64,000 nt of DNA from Octopus sinensis. Lineage: Eukaryota. The stretch covers positions 17,546,001 through 17,610,000 of the forward strand of contig NC_043014.1 in the NCBI RefSeq assembly GCF_006345805.1, given 5' to 3'. How positions within the stretch are numbered: the first letter of the stretch is position 1; each line of letters starts with the position of its first letter. The position numbers and the translations under genes were made by a program. This document shows positions 9,286 to 23,579 of this stretch, piece after piece. The notes beneath the pieces were generated by a model, which worked only from the letters and a program-made list of their open reading frames with translations, did not search any database and was not told where the DNA came from.

Positions 9286-11643
9286 TCACCGACGTTTAAA
9301 ACCGAAGCGCGGCTGCGGTGACGGCGGCTCGGGGGAAGCAGCAGCAGAAGAAACGGTTCGATGTTATTCTTCGTCGAGGCAGCGAAATCCGGTGTTGAAG
9401 CCACGGTTCTGTCCGGGAAGAAGGGACAGACACAGCATCGCTCACTTTCGTTGACGCCGCGTCGCCTGTGGCGGAACGGGAAGCGACGACTAGCCCGTTC
9501 GCCGCGCCGGTGGCGACGCGACACGAGGTCAGCGGCGTAACCTGACCGGGTCCTCGGCTGCGTAGACGAGGCCGGGGGTCGGAGGCGAGAGAAGAAAATG
9601 TGTAAACGTGGAAACGAAAAAGACAAAAGAAAGGTGTTCAATTGCGAGAGGACGAACCTACGAGCTTTGAAAGGCGGGCGTGAAGAGGTGGGCAAACGCG
9701 GGCAGATGCGGGCGTCGAGGGAACGCTGCGTCTGAAAGGCGGGCGGTGTGGTGGCAGAGATTCGAGGACGTGCCAGCCGTGTAGAGTCGATCTTGCACCG
9801 GCAAACGGGGAGTTAACCTTTGGAAGAAAGGAGCGACTACAACATCCCTTCCAGGCGGTCACCTATGCCGTTCAGCCACGGCCCTACATAGAGAGGAGGA
9901 ACGAACGGTTGTGCGGCGGATGCCGGCGGGCGAGCGAGCGAAGGCAGGCACACGCGTGCGTCAAAACAGGCGGGAGAACGCAGCAGCGTCTGAAAGGCGG
10001 GCAAAGGCGGACGTCCAGATGCGGGCGAAGGCGGGCAAACGCGGGCAAACGCAGGCGTCAACGGGCGAGCGTTCGCAGCGTCTGAAAGGTGGGCGGTGTG
10101 GCGGCGGAAATTCGAGGACGCGCCAGCCGTGTAGAGTCGATCTTGCACTTGAAAACGGGGAGCTAACCGTTGGCGGAAAAGGAACGACCTACACGTCCAC
10201 GTGCACGTGGGCGACACTGCGAGATTCGGATCGTTCTTACGGTATCGGACACGGTACTTCGGCGGAGCTGCGGGCGCAGACGGGCGCAGGTGGGCGCAGG
10301 CGGGAAAAGGCGCACGTCCAGAGGCGGGCGAAAGCGGACGTCCAGAGGCGGGCTAAAGCAGGGCGTCAACGGGCGAGCGAACGCAGCGTCTTAAAGACGG
10401 GCGGTGTGGCGGTGGAAATTCGAGGACGTGCCAGCCGTGTAGAGTCGATTTTGCACCGGCAAACGCGGAGCTAACCGTTGGCGGAAAAGGAGAGACGAGA
10501 TCATCCCTTCCAGACGGTCACCTATGGCGATCAGCCACAACCGTACATAGTAGTCTGGACCCCCTTGGGGTTCGACGGTCACCTAGAGCGTGACTATCCA
10601 GCGTGGGCCGACCCGTAAACTTACGGGTCTGATTCTTTCAACTTACGGGTCGGACCACGTTGCTGTTGTTACCCGGAGCATATCGCCACACACTCCCGGC
10701 GACTGACGGTATCGATCGCGCCTACGTCCTCCTGTACGTGGGCGATACCGCCAGGTGCGCTTCAGCCTTACTACATCGGGCACGGTAGCGCGTCGGAGCT
10801 GTGGGCGAAGGCCCGACGATATCGACCAATACCTGCACTGGCCGCAGTTGTCATCTTTCGGGGATTTACGGGACGGACCACGTCGCCGTATCGAACGCGT
10901 GTATCTCGTGACATTCTTCCGGCATCGGTCGCGGGTACGTCCACGCGTACGTGGGCGATACGCTGTGCTTATATTCGTTGTTTCGATTTTGGGCACGGTA
11001 GCGCGGCGGAGCAACGGGTGACCGGCACAGGCCTGGAGCAGGCCTGCCGCTTGCGGCCCTTACCTCGTACCAGCCGCAGTTGTCATCTTTCGGGATTTTA
11101 CGGGACGGACCACGTCTCCGTATCGACCGCGTGTATCTCGTGAACGCCTTTTGGCATCGGTCGCGGGTACGCCCACGCGTACGTGGGCGGTACCGCGCGC
11201 TTACTTTCGTTCTTTTCATATCGGGCTCGGTTGCGCGGCGGAGGAACGGGTTACCGACGCAAGCCTGCCGCTGGCGGCCCCACGGCGCGTAGACGAACGG
11301 AGAAAGCAAGGTGGCGTGAAGGCGGTGGCCACCCGCCGGGTAGATTGCGTCTTAGTCTGACGTCTCGGGCATCCTGCCGAACGATCCCGGAGACATCAAC
11401 CTGCCGACTGCAAGCCCTCAAAATAGTCTTGACCCCCTTGGGGTGCGATGGTAACCTAGAGCGTGACTATCCAGCGTGGGCCGACCCGTAAGCTTACGGG
11501 TCTGATTCTTTCGACTTACGGGTCGGACCACGTCGCTGTATTCACCCGTTGCATATCGCCACACACTCCCGGCGTCTGACGGCATCGATCGCGCCTACGT
11601 CCACGTGTACCTGGGCGACACCGCGAGTTTCGGTTCGTCCTTA
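9286..11643 (-). promoter_or_regulatory. 5' ETS and intergenic spacer with subrepeats (probable Pol I promoter/spacer-promoter region)
   Basis: Block A x3 (~9721-9833, 10070-10190, 10378-10495), a 49-bp block x2 (9843-9891, 10502-10550), block B x2 (~10551-10750, 11424-11643), block C x2 (~10838-10958, 11070-11190). Regulatory role inferred from position. Confidence 0.7.
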
Positions 11644-13318
11644 AGGGTGGACCATCGATACTTGGAGGCTGTCTTCAGAGCGGCTGGTTTCGGTCCCGTC
11701 TTCCGTGGCTGGATAGCTGCTTTGTACAGAGGCATCCTTCGGTAATTCGCGTAAATGGACATCTATCGAGTCCTTTCGAAATTGCACATTCGGTCCGTCA
11801 GGGATGCCCCCTCTCATTGTTTATATACGTATTGACTCTCGAGCCACTACTGCGGAAGGTGGCGACTCTGAGGAGCATCCCGAGATAATTGGGATGCGGA
11901 ACGAGCGTGTCTGCATACGCGGACGACGTCACCGTCATAGTGTCTAGCCAAGAGCACATCGAGCTGGACGGTGAGACATTGAAAGACTACGAAGCTGTAA
12001 CAGGAGCGAAAATCAACCGGGAAAAGTCAGTGGGCTTGCGGCTCGGTACCTTGAGAAGCAAGCCTATGTCGTCCACCAGCACCTCTGTCGTGGGATGCTG
12101 GACCGAGGGTCCGGTCGAGTTTCTCGGGATCTGGTTTGGTCCGGACCTCCAAAGGGAGAAGAACTGGAACGAGATAATGAGTAGGGTGGTCACTCTCGCC
12201 CGGCAATGGGCCGAGAGGAAACTGTCCCTAAAAGGTCGGGCGAAGGTGGCGAACATGTACATCGCATCCGTCATCTACTACCGCCTGACCGTCGTGCCTT
12301 GTATCGACCCTAGCATCACCAAACTAGAACGCATTCTCTTCCGCTTCTTGTGGAAAGGATGCGTCCCGATGGTCAAGCGATCCATTTGCTGTCAACACCC
12401 GTTAAAAAAGGAGGGCTGGGCGTGCCATGGTGGATGATGCGTAGACACGCGCAGAGACTGCGACTTTTCCGGCTCTACGTAGACGATGGTGAACAGGCGT
12501 GGTCGTCGTTTGTGAGGCACGCATTCCCGCAGCTCGTCTCCATGACCAAACTGCAGTCGTGGATCAAAAAAAGACCGAGGAAGGGCAAATGGCACCGCGA
12601 GTGTTGCGTTGCTCTCAAGCAACAATGCCATTCTGCTCGCACTCGTGCAGTGTCCAACCATTTCCGACCTGTGGGCTTATGTCGAATGACCGCTGTCACG
12701 TGTTGGACGAGTCGGTTTATCAACTGAGTCTATCGCCTCCTTCCTTCAAATGGGAAGGAAGAGCTAATTTCATTATACTTGCGGCTATGGCGAAAGAATA
12801 TATCTGGTGGACGCGTCTAAAAGGATTAGAGACAAACACTTTCCTCTCTGGTCAATCTCTCATCAACTTCTTCAAGTATAACTTGAAAAGGAAAGTGAGA
12901 GTAGAGAGGCAAGTTTTGTCTAGCGAATGTTTAAAAAAAAGATGGGTGAATGTAGCAAGGATGGCACATATGAATGACGAAGCCACCTTGAGCATAAATC
13001 AATGAACCCGAAAAATTTAAAATTTAAAACTGAGAGTTACTTACTTGCAAATAAATGTGTTAACATGTGACATTATTGACCGAGGTTACCGTGATATTTT
13101 CCGTAGGCTTTTCTTTCCACGGATAAACCTTATCTGTTTCCCTCTTTCACTTTACATCATGACATTTCTGTGATACACGATCCCTATTGATCGTTTTTTT
13201 TTTACGATCCCTTTTGTTCGAAAACCTACCCCCTCCTTTTTTTTCTCCCCCAAAAGAAAAGCTCTACTTTGTAATTTGTCTCCTCTGTGTTCAGCCCTGT
13301 GTGACTAATAAAGAAACA
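11644..13318 (+). mobile_element. 5'-truncated, frameshifted L1/Tx1-like non-LTR retrotransposon
   Basis: Translates as RVDHRYLEAVF...SVRQGCPLS, YADDVTVIV and WAERKLSLKGRAKVAN. ORF remnant ends at 13005; AATAAA at 13307-13312 followed by (TATC)n. Confidence 0.85.
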
Positions 13319-13575
<257 letters not shown>

Positions 13576-14944
13576 GTAATTTATAAAGCATTACTTATAT
13601 GAACAAAATAAGGAGGTTTAACATCACCAGTTGTCAGATAAAATACCATCTCATTCTTCTGATTAGAGATTAAAATAGAATTATTATAGGGTCATCTTAC
13701 ACTGGAGAATCACTTGAAAGCAATAAAATTGATAACCAGCCAAAAACCTTATCACTGAAGTGGTGATTAACAAAAAAGAAATACAAGTTTTCTAAATTAT
13801 CTTATTTGCTAATGAGACTCGTTGAGGGTATGTTTGCAGCATGTATCATAATACCTCGGCCATGATTTTAATTGAAGTGTCTGTATTATCATGCGTTCAG
13901 ACCATGTTGGAGCCATCGATGGGGCTCAAAACTTTATTCATTATAGTTTGCATATTTGAAAACTGAATCCATTCCCGTTCTATTCTTACTGGAAGGACAT
14001 CCATCCGTAAAGGTCACTGCTCAAAATATATATATTCAATTACCAGTCAGTTAAAATAAAACCGTGCCACCCATTTTAACACTGCCTTATGGCCCTTAGC
14101 TACTTTTAACAGAATTCACCCTATTGCAAACACTTGGGTCAGGCTCCTGGTTCGTGGTTTGCTGCGAGCTATCACTGTCTAGAGTTCCCTATATACAACG
14201 AACTAAAATCTTAAACCCACTGGTTAATTTCCACCCTTTTCTGTAATAACTGTGGACCTTACACATCTCCTCTTAATAACACACAAACCAGACATCCTGT
14301 TCTTCTCCGAGACGCAAATCTCTTAACTTTTATCTAGAATCCCACTCAACTATTTCTCCGAGAAACGGTGCCTGCGTTTATATACATTCCAATGAACTCG
14401 ATATACTCACTACGCTCATCAGGAGATCAGCAACAGAGGCTTCTCATGACTCTCTTCAAAGACTCCTCCTCTTCCTCCTCCTCATCATCATCCTTCTCCT
14501 CCTCCAAATACGTCTGTTACTTCTGTCCTTCCCAGATAATCTCCATCCGCCGACAAATTCTTTGACCATGTCAAGGATATTTATTTTAACTTCACCCGTC
14601 TCCGATATCGTCGGCAACGGTGTTTCCAATGCTCACAAGTTTTCTTGATTCTCCACAATCATCGCAGCATGATGTGTCGGTGCAGAAAGCGAATTTTTTT
14701 GCAACCCTCAAATTTCTACATCAACTAGTTTCTTCCCTTACACATTTCACTGATCTTTGCACAGACACTTCAAACGCTTTTCACATTTTTCTTATATGCA
14801 CACCACAACTACCAAACCATAACTGTATCTGCATATACCGGGTTGTCAATCACTGCTTTATCGCGGCCACTTGGGGTCTTTAAGAATAGCATTCAGTCTC
14901 GGAAAGCTATGAAGGAGCCATGAAGATCTGACTTCTTTTATCTT

Positions 14945-15300
14945 CTTTTAATTGTGTTCAGTCATTGGACTGTGGCCGAGCCGGGGCACCACCTAATGGG
15001 TTTTAGTCGAACAAATTGACCAGAATATTTATTTTTCTTTTTAAGTTTGATATCGGCTTCTTTTGCTGAGGTGTAAGGTTATGCGGATATAAACCAACTA
15101 ATATCGGTTCTGAAGCAGGGCTGAAGAAAAAAAACACACACACACACACACACTTTATATACGACGGGCTTAACTGTACATTAGTGGGTTTGGGAGAACT
15201 ACACTACAAAACACATGCCCAAGATGCCACACAGTAGGACTGAACCCGAAACCACGTGGTTGCGAAGCGAAATTCTTAACCACACAACCAAACTTGCACC
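14945..15300 (-). mobile_element. Degenerate tRNA-derived SINE (same family as 17440 and 52532)
   Basis: TTCAGTCATTGGACTGTGGCC...TTTAGTCGAAC tail and GGACTGAACCCGAAACCACGTGGTTGCG head match the other copies. Bounds approximate. Confidence 0.6.
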
Positions 15301-16249
15301 TAAAAAACGAGAAAGTCACAGATCCATTAAATTGAAAAGACGACCTTCACTCGAGTTTCAAAACAGTGTTGTTCTATCTTGTAAAATTCCTCACCCACAT
15401 CTATATACTACGCAACATACTCTTTCTTGTGGTCTCTAGCGCACTTTAAAGCATCTATACCATTCATGGAATCACATGTATTTCACTCTTGAGCCATCAG
15501 TAAACAAATAAGCGTGTGGCTAAAACCATTCTTTTTGGCATATTCCAACACATCCTAAATGTAATCAAAACTCATAGCCCGATGTTTCTGAAATGATCTA
15601 ATCATTACTGCACCACAGAAGTCCAAAGAACACGGCTTACAATACCTGAAAACAAATAATTCAGTGCAATAAAAACTAAACCGTTCTTACTTAGCTGCGC
15701 TACAATTCATGCAAAATGAGCATTCGAAACAGGAATAGTGCTTTCACATACTGCGCAGTTCGCAAATCTTCTATCTTTCAACTATAGCCAATCCTTCTGG
15801 TCCTTTACCAATAGCTTTTTGATCAATTTTGCACCATCCTCTTCTCAACCATCAGATTAACTGGAGACCTGATCCCCAACACCATTCCCTAGTTGTCTCT
15901 CGCTCTCAAGATATTTGGTGAAAACAAAAGCCTTCGACCGTGCTTGGCGAATAAATGCCCAGCCAAAGCTACCTGTCCAAGAGCTCCATCTGTTTTTTTT
16001 TGTCTCTTGGACCGGGGATTTCCTGTAAAATCACAAGATGCAAATCTGGAGCTGTGAGCCGCCGCACTTTATCAACTCTTCTGCGTACCAGGTTTCGGTT
16101 CTGCGTCCAACATTTTTCTCTTCGACCTACATGTCGCCACCTCTAACAATAACCACTCATATGCAGATGATACCACCCTTCATCCCTACCTGACACTTCA
16201 GCCAAGCGTCATCCACAAGCAACCAAGACACCATTTTAGAAAGCTAAAA

Positions 16250-16445
16250 TGATGGTGAGGTGGCAGGTTCGTTAGCATATCGGACGAAATGCTGAACGGT
16301 ATTTGCTCCGGCTCTTTACTTTCTGAGTTCAAAATTCGCCGAGGTCAATTTTGCCTTTCATTCCTTCGAGATTGATAAAATAAAGTACCATTCAAGCACT
16401 AAGTTTGATGTAATCGACTGGCCTCTTCCCCTCAAAATTGCAAGC
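16250..16445 (+). mobile_element. tRNA-derived SINE, second family
   Basis: GGTGAGGTGGCAG...TTCTGAGTTCAAA...TTTGCCTTTCATTCC...GATAAAATAAAGTACC, shared with 27120-27300. Confidence 0.6.
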
Positions 16446-16757
16446 CTTGAATCTAGCAACGGACTGGTGTCCCGTTCTGGAGTCGTGGAAACCAAGTAAC
16501 CTGTCTTATGAGTCTTGGGGCTAAAACAAAAGAATGTACCCTAGACACCTCATTTTAAAACACCTTATGTAATCTAGACATCTCGTTTGGATTATTACAT
16601 TGATTTATTTTATTTTCCTTTTTCCCAGTCTATGTAAATCTGTATCTTATGATTAGTTTCCTCGGATGATTGTTGGTTCAAAGGTTGTATCATTGACACT
16701 TATGTTAAACATTTGTATTGATTAGAAATGTGTACTTTTAACATTGCGGTTATAATT

Positions 16758-17176
16758 ATTGTACAATATGGTCTTCGTCTCGATGGAAACGCGGTATATC
16801 TAGACCAATATATTTTAGGTGGTAAGTACTTCGTTATTTGTGATATAATTTTGTTCAACAGGGCCTGGAGTCAGACAACGACAATGAATTGTTTTAATGA
16901 TAACACAGTGTTGGTTAAATAGGATACGACCGCGTTATTAATTATACTACAAATGTAGGACATTATACGGAACAGTGTTGAAAGTTTGCTGTAATAAAAC
17001 GCAGTCGTATCCTATTTAACCAACACTGTGTTATCATTAAAACAATTCATTGTCGTTGTCTAACTCCAGGCTCTGTTGAACAAAATTATATCACAAATAA
17101 CGAAGTACTTACCACCTAAAATATATTGGTCTAGATATAACGCGTTTCCATCGAGACGAAGACCATATTGTACAAT
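16758..17176. repeat. Fold-back element: 179-bp inverted arms, 61-bp spacer
   Basis: 16758-16936 is the reverse complement of 16998-17176 with about 4 mismatches. Confidence 0.93.
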
Positions 17177-17439
17177 CTAATTTGTATGGGATGCAGTATG
17201 ACAATCTGCTGATGTACTTCACATTGTTCTCTGTTTTAGTATGAAGTTTTGAGCAATGAAAATAGGATGGCCACTGCTATAAAAACGACGAAACAATGTA
17301 GTTTAATGAAAACTAATATGGCTGACATGTTTTACCTATGTATTTCACTTGTGCATTTACACGATTATATTAACACCACATATAGATATTTTGTCAGGGG
17401 GAGATAACTATCACACTTTGAATTACTTTAATCATTACC

Positions 17440-17639
17440 CTTTTACTTGTTTCAGTCATTTGACTGTGGCCATGCTGAAGCACCGCCTTTAGTCGAGCAA
17501 ATCGACCCCAGGATTTATTCTTTGTAAGCCTAGTACTTATTCTATCGGTCTCTTTTGCCGAACTGCTAAGTTATGGGGACGTAAACACACCAGCATCGGT
17601 TGTCAAGCGATGTTGGGGGACAAACACAGACACACAAAC

Positions 17640-17700
<61 letters not shown>

Positions 17701-17866
17701 TACGACGGGCTCCTTTCAGTTTCCGTCTACCAAATCCATTCACAAGGCTTTGGTCGGCCAGAGGCTATAGTAGAAGACACTTGGCCAAGGTGCCACGCAG
17801 TGGCACTGAACCCGGAACCATGTGGCTGGTAAGCAAGCTACTTACCACACAGCCACTCCTACACCT
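17440..17866 (-). mobile_element. Full-length tRNA-derived SINE with internal (CA)/(TA) microsatellite (octopus-type)
   Basis: Reverse complement aligns with 52532-52950: tRNA-like head, GGCACCTTGG...GGATTTGGTAGACGGAAACTG centre, GACTGAAACAAGTAAAAG tail. Confidence 0.8.
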
Positions 17867-18561
17867 AAAATAAACAAACGTCAGTTCCTACGGAACAGCC
17901 ATATTTAAGAGGTGATAAACATTATTTCTCAATAGTTTTACAGCTTTCATCTCTTATAGAAATTCTCTCAACTAGCTAATTTACTTGTTGCAAGATCGTG
18001 ACTTGGTGTCACTTATTTTCAATATATTGTGAACTGGAGTGAACAATTGCTATCTCTAGCGAACGAGTATCCACCACCGAGGAGGAGCACAAAGATCTCC
18101 AAACTGTACGGTCGGGTGGTCTCGTACCTGGAAGGGGGTAGAGGTTCACTCCCCTGTTTGCAATATATATCGAATAACTAGCTGTAGGAGGCGTGCTCCT
18201 GAGATTGAAATGGTAGTAACATTGTTTCCTACGGAACATTCATATTTAAGAGGCGATAAACATTATTTCTTAAAATAAATATTTAGTATAAAAAAGAGAA
18301 AAAATATTTAAAACTTATTGCTCTGACTTTTCTTCTCATTTCTCCATATACGAGTTTTTTTTTTTAAAACTGGGAATAGAAAATGAGTTCGTGATACCCA
18401 TAGCCAGTTGTGATACTTCAGGATTCTGCAGAAGCCTAGTTACAAATGGAAAAACCCCCCAGTATGTTAAAAAAAAAAAGAGTTACTCAAGTATACAATA
18501 TAACTGTTACTGCAAGCGCACTTGATATTGTTCAGACAAAACGTTTGAGAGTAAGTGAGCG

Positions 18562-18618
<57 letters not shown>

Positions 18619-19200
18619 GTGAAAGAGAGAGAGAAAGGGAGATAGAAAGAGAGAGCGTGTATACCAGAGGCTATTTTTATGCACTTTTATGCACATAAAC
18701 TCAATGTTGTTATATTTAGGTTGTTGCTTGTCTATATTTCACCTCTTTTCTTTTTTTTAAAAGAAGTTGATATTTATATATTTTTCACTACACCGATCTG
18801 TAGCTTTCTCAACAGATGTACATTTTCTTTTAACTGCTTACTTTTTAACTGTCAACAGTAAAATCAATTGAAAACTAAAATTCAATCCTTTAAGGAAAAA
18901 ATATGTACACCCGTTGAGAAAGATTTTTCTTATGTCCGTAAAGAAATACCCATTACTTTGGGAAAAAAAAAGAAGTGAAATATAGACAAACAACAACTGG
19001 CGAATGTGTTTATAGGCTTTATTAATCACGAATCTTCCCCAAAATAACAATATTGGTTTCAACACACGGTTTCAGATCAAGATTCCTGCAAAACAGATTC
19101 AAAATGGACAGATTCAAATAAAATCCTTTTATTGATATTTTGGAAAATGTTATGTATATATATATATATTATATATATATATATATTATATATATATATT

Positions 19201-19512
19201 CATCATCCATCACCATCACGTGACCGACCAGACCATCAGATGTTGCTACACATAGCTGGTCACAATGCGTTCGCATTGTTTTTGCCTTCGAACGACGCCA
19301 CCACGCTGGCTAAGCGAGCAGGCCAACAGAAGAAAGACCGAGAGAAAGAGTGGTAAAAGAGTACAGCAGAGATCACCACCCCCTACCTGAGCCTCGTGGA
19401 GCTTTTAGGTGTTTTCGCTCAATAAACACACACAACTCCCGGTCTGGGAATCGAAACCGCGATCCTCCGACCGCGAGTCCGCTGCCCTAACCACTGGGCC
19501 ATTGCGCCTCCA
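19201..19512 (-). mobile_element. tRNA-derived SINE, third family
   Basis: Reverse complement starts GGAGGCGCAATGGCCCAGTGGTTAGGGCAGCGGACTCGCGGTCGGAGGATCGCGGTTTCGATTCCC (A/B boxes) and ends in a GATG-rich tail. Confidence 0.7.
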
Positions 19513-19523
19513 CACACACACAC

Positions 19524-20704
<1,181 letters not shown>

Positions 20705-21844
20705 ATATATATATCATCAGTTATAACAGCTCAAATAATTTACTTGATATAATATGATTTATACGGAATTAGTATGATTCTCATTCACCATTTGGAAAAA
20801 GAAAGACAGTAACAATGAGGGTAGTTTTTTAAAAATCCCTAAGGTTGCGTAAATTCCCAGACAACGATGGGTAGCTTTCTAGAATGTGTGTGTGTGTGTG
20901 TGTGTGTGTGTCTGGGGGTGAGACAAGCAACGAGAAAAGCCTGAATATTGGTGCTTTGCGAATGTTGTCCGTTGAGATATTTACTCTGTATAAAAAAATG
21001 GTTGACCCAATGGAAACCTCTAACTAGAGACACAGATATCCCGTAGATAATGGTCCGAATCAGGAATTGAAAAAAAAATATATATAGTTACAGTCTTTTC
21101 TTTGTTTTTATTAGTCACAATTTATGAACAATAGCTTATTATTCAGGTCGTTGTATCCGGGATAATACAGTTTGAATCAGACATTTTTGCAAAAATATTA
21201 GTTGAAGTTCTACTTCAGTTTTCAAATTTTTTTCTTTTTCAGAGATTGAATGTTCACGGTGAGAACAAATTTGTTAACATTGTTGAACATGAAATTTTAT
21301 TCTCTGTAGAAATTATTAAGTTAACAGAATGGATCGGACTCAGCAGATATTTGTTGGAGTAGATATTTGTTAGAAAGGAAAAAATATAAATAAAAGAGAA
21401 CATTAGAATCACAGAACCAGAAACACGTGTCCGCGACTCTTCTCTAAACCCCAGGCAATAACTCTGTCCTTCTTTTCACAGACATGTCACCTTTGGAGAA
21501 ACTCTTGAATCTTGAGATTATCTCCCCGTCTGGACTTAATTACGATTTGGTAATTATGATACATCCTCTAGAGGCAGCGTTAATTTTAATAAATCAAGAA
21601 TTTATGTTGTATGGTATTTGATATACCTGTATTTGTCTAGGTACTAAGGTAGATGGACCGTATATGTCTAAATATGCAAATTCGGAGGAAATCCATCCAT
21701 GACGTGGTTCTACACGAAATAAATCATGTGGATCATGAAAATGTTAATATTTATAGCAAATCCATCGAATACTTTTGTAAGGCGGCTAAAATACAACAGA
21801 GGGACCAAAGTGGAAGCAATTTGCAACAATTTATGCCTATATTT

Positions 21845-22233
21845 AGCTAAAATCATTTGCTGCGTCTAAAACTGAGACAACATCCAGTCACTGTTATGCT
21901 TACGTTCGGAAAGCGTATGTATAAAATTATAGAATTATTTTGTTTGTTAATTGTTTAAATTATTTTCCATTGCTTTCGTTTTAGCCTTTCGTTTTTTTTT
22001 CTTAAGCAATGGAAAATAGCTTAAACAATACACGTGTATCTCAAAACAAAAACAAAACGAATAATTTTAGACACACGCGTAACAATTAAATTAATTTAAC
22101 AATTAAGAAAAAAAACGAATGGCTAAAATTTAGGGTTAGGGTTAGGGTTAGTGTTAGGGTTGGGGTTAGGGTTAGGGTTAGGGTCAGTGACAGGATGTTG
22201 TCTCAGTTTTAGACGCAGCAAATGATTTTAGCT
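21845..22233. mobile_element. TIR element (MITE-like) with ~49-bp TIRs and an internal (TTAGGG)n tract
   Basis: 21845-21893 is the near reverse complement of 22185-22233; about 9 TTAGGG-like units at 22130-22183. Confidence 0.75.
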
Positions 22234-22842
22234 CAACAGAGGCCATCGATTGGTTAAAATTCAAAAAATTAAACTACGTTAGACTTACAAATTACAATTT
22301 TCTCAAGAAAGCCAAGAGAAAAAAATGTTTTATTTTGACACATTCTACCAGTATACGAAGTTTAAAAGTGTTTAGTTAACTAGAAATTGTGTTGAAAACT
22401 GCCGTTCAAAAGGAAAAGATCCATTTTTAAAAATTTGTCGGTCAAAAGGTAAAGATCTGTCCAACCTATGCCAGCATGGAAAATGGACGTTTAATGATAT
22501 ATGCATAAAATCGAAAATGGAATTGAAGCACCAAATACTTTCGTAAAATATTTTATTGAAACCGTTACCTGAATACTATACTATATCCATTGATGGTAAT
22601 AACGGGTTGGAGTGAGGAATAATGTTAGAAGTTCGTTTCGCAACATATTTCGGGCTTAATTTCACTACACAGCACTCTGGGCAAGAGTCTTCTGCTATAG
22701 ACCCGGGCCGACCAATGCTTTGCAAATGGATTTAGCAGATGAAAGCTATGGAAGCCCTTCGTGTATCAACATATTTACCCAAGTGTGCTCCACCCGACTT
22801 TCTTTCCTCATAACTTGGATATTTTTTAATGAAATTTTCTAT

Positions 22843-22985
22843 GTAGGAGTGGCTGCGTGGTAAGTAGCTTGCTTACCAACCACATGGTTCCGGGTTCAGT
22901 CCCACTGTCTTCTACTATAGCCTCAGGCCTTGTGAGTGAATTTTGTAGACGGAAACTGAAAGAAGCCCGTCGTATATATATATAT
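22843..22985 (+). mobile_element. 5' half of the octopus-type tRNA SINE
   Basis: GTAGGAGTGGCTGCGTGGTAAGTAGCTTGC...GAAAGAAGCCCGTCG matches 52532 onward. Confidence 0.75.
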
Positions 22986-23381
22986 CTCTATATAAAACTG
23001 AAATGCGTTTTTACCACTTGGATCGCTTTCAACGCCACTACGTCCCGTCCGATTCTCTACAAAATTTACAGGGACATATAGAATGAGGTGACGATGCTCG
23101 TGGGCTACCTTAGAAATCCCTATCTTAAAAGGTGTGGTTGCTAGGGGCCATCTTCCTCACTCACGCTATTTCCTCCAGTACCCTCTCACTCCTCTTCATA
23201 TGACAATGCCACTCTACCTCTAACTCCCCTTCAATTTCTCTTTATCTCCATTCATAAAGATAACTATCATCGCCACCACCACCACCACCAACACACAATC
23301 TGGACAATCTTTCTCTTAAAACAAATCATGTTTACATTGCAACGACGTCTGCCACCTCCGCCGTCTCTATTTATTCTGCAA

Positions 23382-23579
23382 ATGACCAGAACTCGGGAAA
23401 CTTGGTTGAGTGTTCTATGGTCTATGACCAGAACTCGGGAAACTTGGTTGAGTGTTCTATGGTCTATGACCAGAACTCGGGAAACTTGCTTGACTGTTCT
23501 ATGGTCTATGACCAGAACTCGGGAAACTTGGTTGAGTGTTCTATGGTCTATGACCAGAACTTGGGAAACTTGGTTGAGT
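23382..23579. repeat. 42-bp minisatellite, ~4.7 copies
   Basis: Unit ATGACCAGAACTCGGGAAACTTGGTTGAGTGTTCTATGGTCT in direct tandem with no spacers. Confidence 0.95.

Noticed and set aside
1921-11491. Many long Arg/Ala/Pro-rich ORFs over rDNA and spacer
   Set aside because: Artefacts of GC-rich rRNA and spacer sequence lacking stop codons.
22130-22183. True telomere or chromosome-fusion scar
   Set aside because: Short, degenerate, one orientation only and enclosed by TIRs.
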